Of a stretch of 30,276 bases of DNA, positions 23,328 to 30,275 are shown in pieces; positions within the stretch are counted from its first letter, which is position 1, and the number at the start of each line of letters is the position of its first letter. The position numbers and the translations under genes were made by a program. The stretch comes from a virus. A model generated the notes under the pieces. It did not search any database. It had not been told where the DNA came from and saw only the letters and a program-made list of their open reading frames with translations. Location: the IMG/VR virus record IMGVR_UViG_3300017731_000022. The stretch is one strand, 5' to 3'.

Positions 23328-24595
23328 AATGTTGTTAGTGTTTCTAATTCGCTATCAGTTAAGTATGTGTCGTAGATTCTGGCATCATATACTTTACCCT
23401 CAAAGTATCTATCTGCACCAGTTTGACTTGCAAAATTAAATCTGTTAAAACCAGTAGGAACAACAACATTTGTAGTGATAGACCTTACTGCACCATTAAT
23501 AAATACCTTAAATTCATTTTCTTTAAATTTTAAAGCTACTTTGTTTCTTTGGTTTATATTAAATTCTGAAGTTATAATTAAATTCAGCTGATTTGAGCCA
23601 TTGTAAACTTTAACTCTTAAACTATTAAGCTCATAAGTAAACGTGATATAATTATTAGTTGTGCCATCACTTAGACTAATAATATTATAATCTAAATAAG
23701 GAGGATTAAAGCTATTTACATCAACAAAAAATGTACCCTCTGTAATATTAAATAAATTAACATCTCCAGCATCAGTACAAACATCTGCGTTTCTTGTTAC
23801 AATTGAATTTGCTGGTGTTTCTATATAGCTTGATAAGGTTTTGCCTTCTTCTACTTGACAACCCCACAAATAAACAAAAGCACTTGTAGAAGTATCTGAA
23901 GCATCTATTTGACCAGTTGTAGCTCTTGGACTAAAATAACTTCCAATAGTAGCAGCAGCATCTGTATTGTAAACAACAGAAAGTCTGTACCAACCATTAC
24001 CATAATTTTCTACTTTAGAACTTGTTATTGTGAAATCTGCACCAGCCACACTTGTTGTTAAAGTTGTATTGCTAAATTGAAAAATAGCATCAGCTCTATT
24101 TGGGTAAGTGCCTTGCATCCTAAAAGCAAAAAAATCGCCCTCGCCCTGTTTGACGAAAACAGAAGTACAAATGTCTAACTGTGCAGATGATGACTTAGAA
24201 GCAGCATCAGAAAGGTAATTGTTTGTACCACTTGTTGAGCCTCTTTTTATTTTATCAGCATTTAATTCTCCAGTAGGAGATATTATTTGATTTGCAGTAA
24301 CAGTTAAGTCTGCTTGTTTAGTCCAAGCTGCATTGTCAAACTGCTCAGAATAAACTTGTCTGTTTGTTCTAAGTGCTTCTAATAGTAAACTCGGACAGTT
24401 GCTATTTAACCAATCAAGTCTTGGTATATCGTTTGTTGAAGCACCTATAGTTTCTATAAGCCCATCTTTATTAACTCTTGTACCAGCACCAACTCTAACA
24501 AAGTCAAAATCTCCTGTACCATCATTTGGCAATACAGAATAAACTTTATCTTCTCTATATCCACTTGGTATAAGTGCTAAAATAGGGTTATTCAT
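23324..24595 (-). CDS. Tail fibre / receptor-binding candidate with a C-terminal concanavalin-A/LamG-like domain
   Basis: The 423-aa ORF has a C-terminal segment typical of LamG/Laminin_G_3 lectin-fold domains: FFVDVNS...ISLSDGTTNNYITF...NKVALKFKENEFKVFINGA...FEGKVYDARIYDTYLTDSELETLT. Confidence 0.5.
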   Translation of the reverse strand: MNNPILALIPSGYREDKVYSVLPNDGTGDFDFVRVGAGTRVNKDGLIETIGASTNDIPRLDWLNSNCPSLLLEALRTNRQVYSEQFDNAAWTKQADLTVTANQIISPTGELNADKIKRGSTSGTNNYLSDAASKSSSAQLDICTSVFVKQGEGDFFAFRMQGTYPNRADAIFQFSNTTLTTSVAGADFTITSSKVENYGNGWYRLSVVYNTDAAATIGSYFSPRATTGQIDASDTSTSAFVYLWGCQVEEGKTLSSYIETPANSIVTRNADVCTDAGDVNLFNITEGTFFVDVNSFNPPYLDYNIISLSDGTTNNYITFTYELNSLRVKVYNGSNQLNLIITSEFNINQRNKVALKFKENEFKVFINGAVRSITTNVVVPTGFNRFNFASQTGADRYFEGKVYDARIYDTYLTDSELETLTTL

Positions 24596-24719
24596 CTTCT
24601 TCTTTTGGTAGCGATTCGTTTAGTATTTTTACAATCTCTTGAGCTTGTGCTAATACTGCGATAGGCAATGTGTTAATAACTTGATTTACTCTTGCAATTT
24701 GTTCTTTAGTAATTTCCAT
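24588..24719 (-). CDS. Small ORF (43 aa), hypothetical; not in the ORF track
   Basis: Hand translation gives MEITKEQIARVNQVINTLPIAVLAQAQEIVKILNESLPKEEDE. It begins 13 nt after motif 24733..24745 and overlaps the next gene by 8 nt. Confidence 0.4.
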   Translation of the reverse strand: MEITKEQIARVNQVINTLPIAVLAQAQEIVKILNESLPKEEDE

Positions 24720-24732
24720 AATTGTTTTTTAT

Positions 24733-24745
24733 GTAAATATACAAA
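24733..24745 (-). promoter_or_regulatory. Promoter-like motif TTTGTATATTTAC
   Basis: The motif immediately follows the stop of ORF 24746..24991 and lies 13 nt upstream of ATG 24719. Confidence 0.45.
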
Positions 24746-24991
24746 TTATTCTGGTAAATCTTCGTACTCGTCTTGGTAATCACTTGCCAAATAAGATTCC
24801 ATTTCAGTAATCTGTTCTGCACTTAACTCATCTTTATAAAAGTCATTTGCTAAAACCCATTTGAAATGGTCTTTAATTGCTTCTACATTTTCATCAGCAC
24901 CTATTTGACTTAATTGGTCTGGTATCTGTGAAGTAATTACCTCTTTGTGGCTTTCCTCTGTATTTTCAGATGTTACTACGTTTTTATACAT
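24746..24991 (-). CDS. Small very acidic protein between the two fibre genes
   Basis: The 81-aa ORF is D/E-rich and ends in ASDYQDEYEDLPE. Confidence 0.5.
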   Translation of the reverse strand: MYKNVVTSENTEESHKEVITSQIPDQLSQIGADENVEAIKDHFKWVLANDFYKDELSAEQITEMESYLASDYQDEYEDLPE

Positions 24992-24994
24992 TAT

Positions 24995-26629
24995 TTATGA
25001 TTTTAATAATTCTACTTCTGCTTTTAATTCTTTAATTGCTTGTACTAATATCGGAACGAGTTTTCCATAACTTAATTCAAGTTTATCTGGGTTACTATCA
25101 TAAACAAGCCTTAAAGTATCATTGTCTAATTCTTGTACTTCTTGTGCTATAAAACCAAAGTCTTTTTTACCTTTATTAGCTGAATAAATTTCCTCGCCGT
25201 CTTTATCTATTTCTGGTCTATTATCCCATACAAATTCTCTTGGTTGTAAAGCATCTATAAAAGCAAGTCCATAACCTAAATCTTTTATTTCTGATTTATC
25301 TCTTTCGTCAGATAATGAAGTTATAGAAGTAACTGCACAACGTAAAGTAGATATACTTGAATTACCTAAAGTTATTTCATTATTTACAGTTGCAGAACTT
25401 GGATATGAGTTAAAACCTATAATAGTATTATTATCTCCTGTAGTTAATGCACCACTATAAGCTGATGCAAATTGACCAATTATTACATTAGTTTCTCCAT
25501 TTGTCAATCCATATCCAGCTTGATGACCTATTAATACATTACCATTTGCATTATTAGCAGAAAATCCAGCTTGAGTTCCAATACAAACATTTGTACTTGA
25601 GTTTGGACTTGTTGTTAATGATTTACCAGATTGAGAGCCAATTAATATATTATCATAAGCAGTTGTTATTGCTAATCCAGCTTCATAACCTAAAGTAACA
25701 TTTCTAAAACCAGTAGTGATTGCAGCACCAGCAGATGCACCCATCATAACATTTTGACCACCAGAAGTAATTGCTAAACCAGCTTCTTTACCAATAGATG
25801 TATTATAAGAACCTGTGCTACTACCAGAAGCACCTTTACCAGCACCTAAACCTAAAAATGTATTTGCAGCACCTGTATTAAATTCTCCAGCTTCATACCC
25901 AATTATAGTTCTATCTGCTGATGTAGTGTTTGAATAACCAGCTTGATAGCCTACATTTGTATTACCTGTTCCAGAAGTTTGAGAGTAACCAGCTTGAGAG
26001 CCTATAGAAACATTACCAGTTGCAGTATTTGCTCTTCCAGCATCAAAACCAATCAAAACAACATTAGCAGCAGTTTGTTGATGCCCAGCTCTATAACCAA
26101 CTGCAACAGAATATATACAACTACTACTAAGAGCCTTACCTAAAGCACTAACACCAACACCAGTATTATATCCACCAGTTATTTGCCCAGAATCATATCC
26201 TACAAAAACATTATATGAAGCCGTATTCCAAAAACCAGAACCATTACCAATATTTGTATTAAAAATTCCAGTTTGGTTTTGACTTCCAGCTTGGTAACCT
26301 AAATTAGTGTTTCCTAAACCAGTTGTAGCTTGTTTTCCAGCATTATTTCCAATACTTGTTGTTTGAGTTGCAGTTGTTAAATCTCTTGAAGCATCAATAC
26401 CTAAAGAAGTATTATTTTGAGGATTACCACTTAAACTACTTGGTACTTCTCCAACATATAAAGAAGCAGTATCAACTAAACAATCTGAAAGACCATTTAA
26501 GCTTGTAGCACCACCACCTAAATTAGAGGGTGCGATTCTTACGTTATCCGTACCATTATAACCAACGACAAATTGAACATCTGCCGAGTTTGTTTTTAAG
26601 TCAAATTGACTAAATTTCTTGTTTGCCAT
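24995..26629 (-). CDS. Tail fibre/spike with a beta-helix repeat shaft and a C-terminal S74 intramolecular-chaperone domain
   Basis: About 20 degenerate 14-15-aa repeats are present (N-[TV]-x-[IVL]-G-x-x-[AS]-G, for example NTNLGYQAGSQNQTG, NVSIGSQAGYSQTSG, NVLIGHQAGYGLTNG). The C-terminal 105 aa begin SDERDKSEIKDLGYGLAFIDALQPREFVW...FGFIAQEVQE...LVPILVQAIKELKAEVE, which is the endosialidase-chaperone pattern. Confidence 0.75.
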   Translation of the reverse strand: MANKKFSQFDLKTNSADVQFVVGYNGTDNVRIAPSNLGGGATSLNGLSDCLVDTASLYVGEVPSSLSGNPQNNTSLGIDASRDLTTATQTTSIGNNAGKQATTGLGNTNLGYQAGSQNQTGIFNTNIGNGSGFWNTASYNVFVGYDSGQITGGYNTGVGVSALGKALSSSCIYSVAVGYRAGHQQTAANVVLIGFDAGRANTATGNVSIGSQAGYSQTSGTGNTNVGYQAGYSNTTSADRTIIGYEAGEFNTGAANTFLGLGAGKGASGSSTGSYNTSIGKEAGLAITSGGQNVMMGASAGAAITTGFRNVTLGYEAGLAITTAYDNILIGSQSGKSLTTSPNSSTNVCIGTQAGFSANNANGNVLIGHQAGYGLTNGETNVIIGQFASAYSGALTTGDNNTIIGFNSYPSSATVNNEITLGNSSISTLRCAVTSITSLSDERDKSEIKDLGYGLAFIDALQPREFVWDNRPEIDKDGEEIYSANKGKKDFGFIAQEVQELDNDTLRLVYDSNPDKLELSYGKLVPILVQAIKELKAEVELLKS

Positions 26630-26639
26630 TTTTTATTTT

Positions 26640-26816
26640 TTATTCTATTATTATATATTCGTTTTGTTCAGTTTGTAAATAATCTCCATTCTCAGCTAAT
26701 ACTTCAAAAGCTGTTGTAGGGTCAATATAATCTCTATATATTAAACCCCAGCCTATATTGTTATCTAAAGCTCCTGAACCCCACCAAGTTGTTTCGTATA
26801 TTTTTCCCCAACTCAT
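26640..26816 (-). CDS. Small ORF (58 aa) carrying the shared C-terminal motif; not in the ORF track
   Basis: Hand translation gives MSWGKIYETTWWGSGALDNNIGWGLIYRDYIDPTTAFEVLAENGDYLQTEQNEYIIIE. It is coupled by ATGA to the preceding small ORF. Its C-terminus nearly matches that of the 880-aa protein. Confidence 0.55.
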   Translation of the reverse strand: MSWGKIYETTWWGSGALDNNIGWGLIYRDYIDPTTAFEVLAENGDYLQTEQNEYIIIE

Positions 26817-26911
26817 TTATTTTCTTTTTTATTGTTTTTGTTTTCTTTTAATGACTCATCTATGTACTTTTTTAACTTAATAAGATTTTTTTCTTTTACT
26901 TTATATCTCAT
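26813..26911 (-). CDS. Small ORF (32 aa), lysine-rich; not in the ORF track
   Basis: Hand translation gives MRYKVKEKNLIKLKKYIDESLKENKNNKKENK. It overlaps its neighbours by ATGA at both ends. Confidence 0.35.
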   Translation of the reverse strand: MRYKVKEKNLIKLKKYIDESLKENKNNKKENK

Positions 26912-27423
26912 AAAACCCATCCTTTAAAAGTTGTATCTGTATCTGGATAAATATCATCATCACTATTTGAATTATATTCTGGGAATAAATTATCATTAAA
27001 GCATAAATAATCTACTAATCTTGTTGAATAATAATTTGCATACTCTCTAGCTTTTCCTACTAAATAATCTACTTCGTTTTTATCTACATTCTGTGCAGTT
27101 TCGCTACTATGCTTGAATACACCACCATTTTTTATCTGATAAGCAGCAAATGGTATATAATTCATCTGGGCAAACCAGATTAACGTTGGTTGAACATAAG
27201 TATTAACTAATGTTAAATAATTTCCAGTTAATCCTGTACCTCCTGATGCACCTGAGGCAATATCTGAACTTATTTTATTATAAAGGTCAGTTCCTAAAAG
27301 ATTTTGTATATCTATTTGTTGTGCAACTTTGATAAACTGAATAAATTTATCCGTATCAACGTTACCGTCAATAATAGAGTTTTTAACTAAATCTGTTCTA
27401 CTTATAAATAATGCTGTTGCCAT
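26908..27423 (-). CDS. Head-tail connector/adaptor-type protein (tentative)
   Basis: The 171-aa ORF starts immediately after the portal stop. The assignment rests on position and helical composition only. Confidence 0.35.
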   Translation of the reverse strand: MATALFISRTDLVKNSIIDGNVDTDKFIQFIKVAQQIDIQNLLGTDLYNKISSDIASGASGGTGLTGNYLTLVNTYVQPTLIWFAQMNYIPFAAYQIKNGGVFKHSSETAQNVDKNEVDYLVGKAREYANYYSTRLVDYLCFNDNLFPEYNSNSDDDIYPDTDTTFKGWVL

Positions 27424-29262
27424 TTAGTTTTTAAATTTCATTTTGTTCCAATACTCTGCTGTATAACCTTTGTACTTCATGTCTTTAGGTGCTACTGGTA
27501 CTTTTTGTGCATTTGCTTCTGGTTTAAAACCTCTTGACCTTGCCTCTGATGTACTTATTGATTCACCTAAACTTTTACTTCCTTCTTTACGTACATAAGT
27601 TTTTCTAAGCCATTTATGACTACATCTCGCTCCGCCTTTATATAACCATATAGAATACGTATCACTTCCACCTTTTCCAAAACCAGCATTAACTACTTTA
27701 TTTTCCATAGCAACTATATCTTCTTTACGATATACCTTTTTAGCATTTACCATTTTAGAGCAAAATTGTCTTGATGTAGCTTTTGTTCTTGCTGGACTAT
27801 ACATGTATCTTACTAAAAACTCATTACCTTCTTCTTTAGTTTGCTTACTTGTACCATCTTGCTCACTTTCTTTATATGGTTTAGCACTGCCTGTACTTAC
27901 AAACTCCCATATTTTAGCTAATGTACTTTTTTCTTTTGGCTTGTTTAAATCAGCAATAACTTCATCTAATCCATCTTCTTCTTCATAATTAACTTCTCTT
28001 TCATCAATTACTTCAAATTCTTTTAACAATTCATCTTCACTTTGACCTAAATCAATTAAAGCATCAGCAATATCACTTCCTAATTCGTCAGGTAAATCCT
28101 CACTTAAACAACACTCTTTACTTAACTTTACTCCAGTTTCTTCTTCTTTTGTTTCTTCGTCCTCTACATTTTTTAAGTCTGTAAACTCTAATGGTTGTAA
28201 GGTCTTAAAGTATAGTTTTAAGGATATATTATTATAAGCCAATATAGAATCAAATGCGTCAATTAAAAGTGTCTGAAAAGGCCTTATAACGGTATTATCC
28301 ATTAATATAGATGCAGTTTTTAATTCATCTGCATTATTACCTAAACCACTATTATCTTTTATACCTAATAGCATAGGACTAACAACTCTGTGTGCTACCA
28401 TTATTTTTTTACCACTTTCATCTGATAAAAATTGATATTGGTTATGTGCATCACTTAATTGTATTGGTTCTATTGTTGCAGCACTTTCAGGGTTATCGTT
28501 AAAAGCAAGAATAAACTTACCAGCATTGCTACTTCCACTAAATTTTTGATATATTCTATTTTCTAACATTTGACGCTCTTCAGCGTTTGGAGTTCCATTG
28601 TTAAAGTTAATTAACATACTTGGTGCAAGACCATTTAGTATATTATTTAAGTGATAGTTACTTATTTCTTCTTCTAATTCTGCATATTGTAATCCACCTT
28701 GATAATCAGGACTTGAGTAGTACTTATATCCTGCTCTATATGGTTTTACATAAACTATTTCAATAGATTCATTAGAATAACCAAAAGCAGGTATACGAGT
28801 GCAATCATTAGCTTTTTTTACTTTACTCCAATTATCTGAATAATAGTAAGCTTCTATTTCTCCTTTTTCATTACACTTTTCAGCTCTTAAATTTTCTACA
28901 GGTATATGTTCTACTCTTGCTATAGTTTTTCTATCTTTTGAATATATAACTTGCATTGAACATTGTCCCATGAGCTTTAAGTCATAACATAACTTACGTA
29001 CACAATCTTTATGAAATAAAGACATCATTTTAGCATATGCCTCTGGTTTTTTATTACTATCTAAAGCATCTAAACCTTTACCATAAATCATTTCACTAAT
29101 ACCATTAATTATAGCATTGTTTGTTGGACTGCCATTATATCGGTCTATTAAGTAAGCAAAATAATTATTGTCTGTACCATAGCTAACCCAGTCTTTATTA
29201 GATTTCTCTACAATTTCTGGACTTGTATATGTACTTAAATTAACTACTCTTAAATCATTCAT
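27424..29262 (-). CDS. Portal protein fused to an acidic linker and a C-terminal Cys/His domain (SPP1 gp7/Mu F-like, tentative)
   Basis: The ORF is 612 aa. The N-terminal ~370 aa look portal-like (WVSYGTDNNYFAYLIDRYNGSPTNNAIINGISEMIYGKG...). An acidic stretch follows (EDEETKEEE...EEEDGLDE). The C-terminal domain is VRYMYSP..TSRQFCSKM...YSIWLYKGGARCSHKW. Confidence 0.6.
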   Translation of the reverse strand: MNDLRVVNLSTYTSPEIVEKSNKDWVSYGTDNNYFAYLIDRYNGSPTNNAIINGISEMIYGKGLDALDSNKKPEAYAKMMSLFHKDCVRKLCYDLKLMGQCSMQVIYSKDRKTIARVEHIPVENLRAEKCNEKGEIEAYYYSDNWSKVKKANDCTRIPAFGYSNESIEIVYVKPYRAGYKYYSSPDYQGGLQYAELEEEISNYHLNNILNGLAPSMLINFNNGTPNAEERQMLENRIYQKFSGSSNAGKFILAFNDNPESAATIEPIQLSDAHNQYQFLSDESGKKIMVAHRVVSPMLLGIKDNSGLGNNADELKTASILMDNTVIRPFQTLLIDAFDSILAYNNISLKLYFKTLQPLEFTDLKNVEDEETKEEETGVKLSKECCLSEDLPDELGSDIADALIDLGQSEDELLKEFEVIDEREVNYEEEDGLDEVIADLNKPKEKSTLAKIWEFVSTGSAKPYKESEQDGTSKQTKEEGNEFLVRYMYSPARTKATSRQFCSKMVNAKKVYRKEDIVAMENKVVNAGFGKGGSDTYSIWLYKGGARCSHKWLRKTYVRKEGSKSLGESISTSEARSRGFKPEANAQKVPVAPKDMKYKGYTAEYWNKMKFKN

Positions 29263-29609
29263 AATATTATGTAATCGTTATCAAAACTATTCTCTGTAGT
29301 ATATTCACCGTCATTTACAGAATAGTAATCATTATTTGTTTGGTTTACAGTTTGATCTGTGCAAAATACTCTATCTTTATATATAACCGCATTACCATTT
29401 TTTATTTGAAGTGTATAAAAATCCCCTTCGGTTAATGTTCCAAATGCAGCAACAAAAGACATATAATTACCATCAGTTGAAGCAGTAGGTGTAATATTTA
29501 CGTTTGTACCTGTGCTTTCACTTGTAAGATTTACAGTAATCGCACCATTAATAAATTGACGAGGTATAACCTTAAAAGTCTTATTACCATTAGTTCCTAT
29601 TAACTTCAT
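29259..29609 (-). CDS. Hypothetical virion protein
   Basis: The 116-aa ORF is beta-rich and overlaps the portal start by ATGA. It ends in TENSFDNDYIIL. Confidence 0.45.
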   Translation of the reverse strand: MKLIGTNGNKTFKVIPRQFINGAITVNLTSESTGTNVNITPTASTDGNYMSFVAAFGTLTEGDFYTLQIKNGNAVIYKDRVFCTDQTVNQTNNDYYSVNDGEYTTENSFDNDYIIL

Positions 29610-29622
29610 ACTAATATATAAA
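29610..29622 (-). promoter_or_regulatory. Start-abutting motif TTTATATATTAGT directly 5' of the ATG
   Basis: The minus strand reads TTTATATATTAGT-ATG, 21 nt downstream of terminator 29644..29671. Confidence 0.4.
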
Positions 29623-29643
29623 CAAAACTAATTTATTTTGTAT

Positions 29644-29671
29644 AAAAAAAGCCCTTCAATAAAGAAAGGCT
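29644..29671 (-). terminator. Rho-independent terminator after the 179-aa gene
   Basis: The minus-strand RNA reads AGCCUUUC-UUUAUU-GAAGGGCU followed by U6-7. This is an 8-bp stem with one G-U pair. Confidence 0.75.
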
Positions 29672-29706
29672 AATTTATTTATGTCGTCAACCAAAACAGA
29701 CACAGG

Positions 29707-29719
29707 ACAAATATATAAA
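29707..29719 (-). promoter_or_regulatory. Motif-family copy TTTATATATTTGT between the 179-aa stop and its terminator
   Basis: The minus strand reads TTTATATATTTGT, 16 nt after the stop at 29736 and 35 nt before terminator stem 29671. Confidence 0.3.
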
Positions 29720-29735
29720 ATATTTTTTAATTATC

Positions 29736-30275
29736 CTAAGCTGGACTAATTGGTGTAGCAGAAGCTACATCTGGTACAGTACAGAAGAACGGAGGAAATA
29801 CCTCAGTTGCTACAGCAGTTAATGTAAACCCTTGTAAATCTCCAGGAGCAGCTCCAGTTACAATTGTACCTCCAGTAATCTCAGCACCATTGTCTTTACC
29901 CATTAATAAGTACTTAGTAACTCCAGCACCATTTGGATATAACTCTATAACGTAATGAGCTCTACCTCTATTAAGAAGTTTTATCTCTTCTTGTGTTGCT
30001 ACGTCTAAAACTTGAAAAGTTACATTTAAAGTACTTTCATAAAAAGTAGTACCATTCTCTCTTGATGAGTTTACTACTGTTTCTAAAGATGATTGCCCAC
30101 CTTTTACTTCAAACTTAAAAAACTCAGCAGAGTTATCAGTTGGCAAGGGTATAGTTCCACTTGAATCTGACAATGCAGCTACAGTAGCACTATAATCTAA
30201 GATGTAAATATTTTTAATTCCAGCAAAGGCAGTCTTACATCCAACCCCTCTACCTTTTGTTATTGCACAAGCCAT
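29736..30275 (-). CDS. Abundant virion protein, tail-tube-like (tentative)
   Basis: The 179-aa ORF is preceded (across the circular junction) by the capsid terminator and followed by its own terminator. The pattern ITKGRGVGCKTAFAGIKNIYILDYS...ENGTTFYES resembles siphovirus tube proteins I have seen; this is not verified. Confidence 0.4.
   Translation of the reverse strand: MACAITKGRGVGCKTAFAGIKNIYILDYSATVAALSDSSGTIPLPTDNSAEFFKFEVKGGQSSLETVVNSSRENGTTFYESTLNVTFQVLDVATQEEIKLLNRGRAHYVIELYPNGAGVTKYLLMGKDNGAEITGGTIVTGAAPGDLQGFTLTAVATEVFPPFFCTVPDVASATPISPA

Noticed and set aside
15175-24745. The TTTG-containing motif as a standard Bacteroidota sigma-A promoter (-33 TTTG / -7 TAnnTTTG) or an E. coli-type -35/-10 pair.
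   Set aside because: In none of the copies is the TTTG preceded by TAnn. No second conserved element occurs at 17-23 bp spacing. The TG is also one position off for a canonical extended -10. I therefore report it only as a phage-specific promoter-like motif.
25430-26365. The periodic DNA repeats in the fibre gene as a CRISPR array or satellite.
   Set aside because: The units are degenerate and have no unique spacers. They lie in one long open frame that translates into a coherent Gly/Ala/Asn repeat protein. They are coding repeats.
1305-27988. All 17 plus-strand ORFs in the supplied track were considered. They are 1305..1781, 4158..4352, 4416..4610, 4977..5246, 8532..8825, 10497..10712, 11877..12125, 12551..12820, 14242..14637, 19205..19387, 19517..19711, 20855..21076, 22145..22477, 22765..22974, 22986..23216, 25943..26143 and 27803..27988.
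   Set aside because: Each lies largely or wholly antisense to a minus-strand gene or small ORF that I accept as real. Their translations are low-complexity S/L/F/I-rich strings, which are the mirror image of E/K/N-rich coding sequence. None has its own intergenic space or upstream motif. They look like shadow ORFs.
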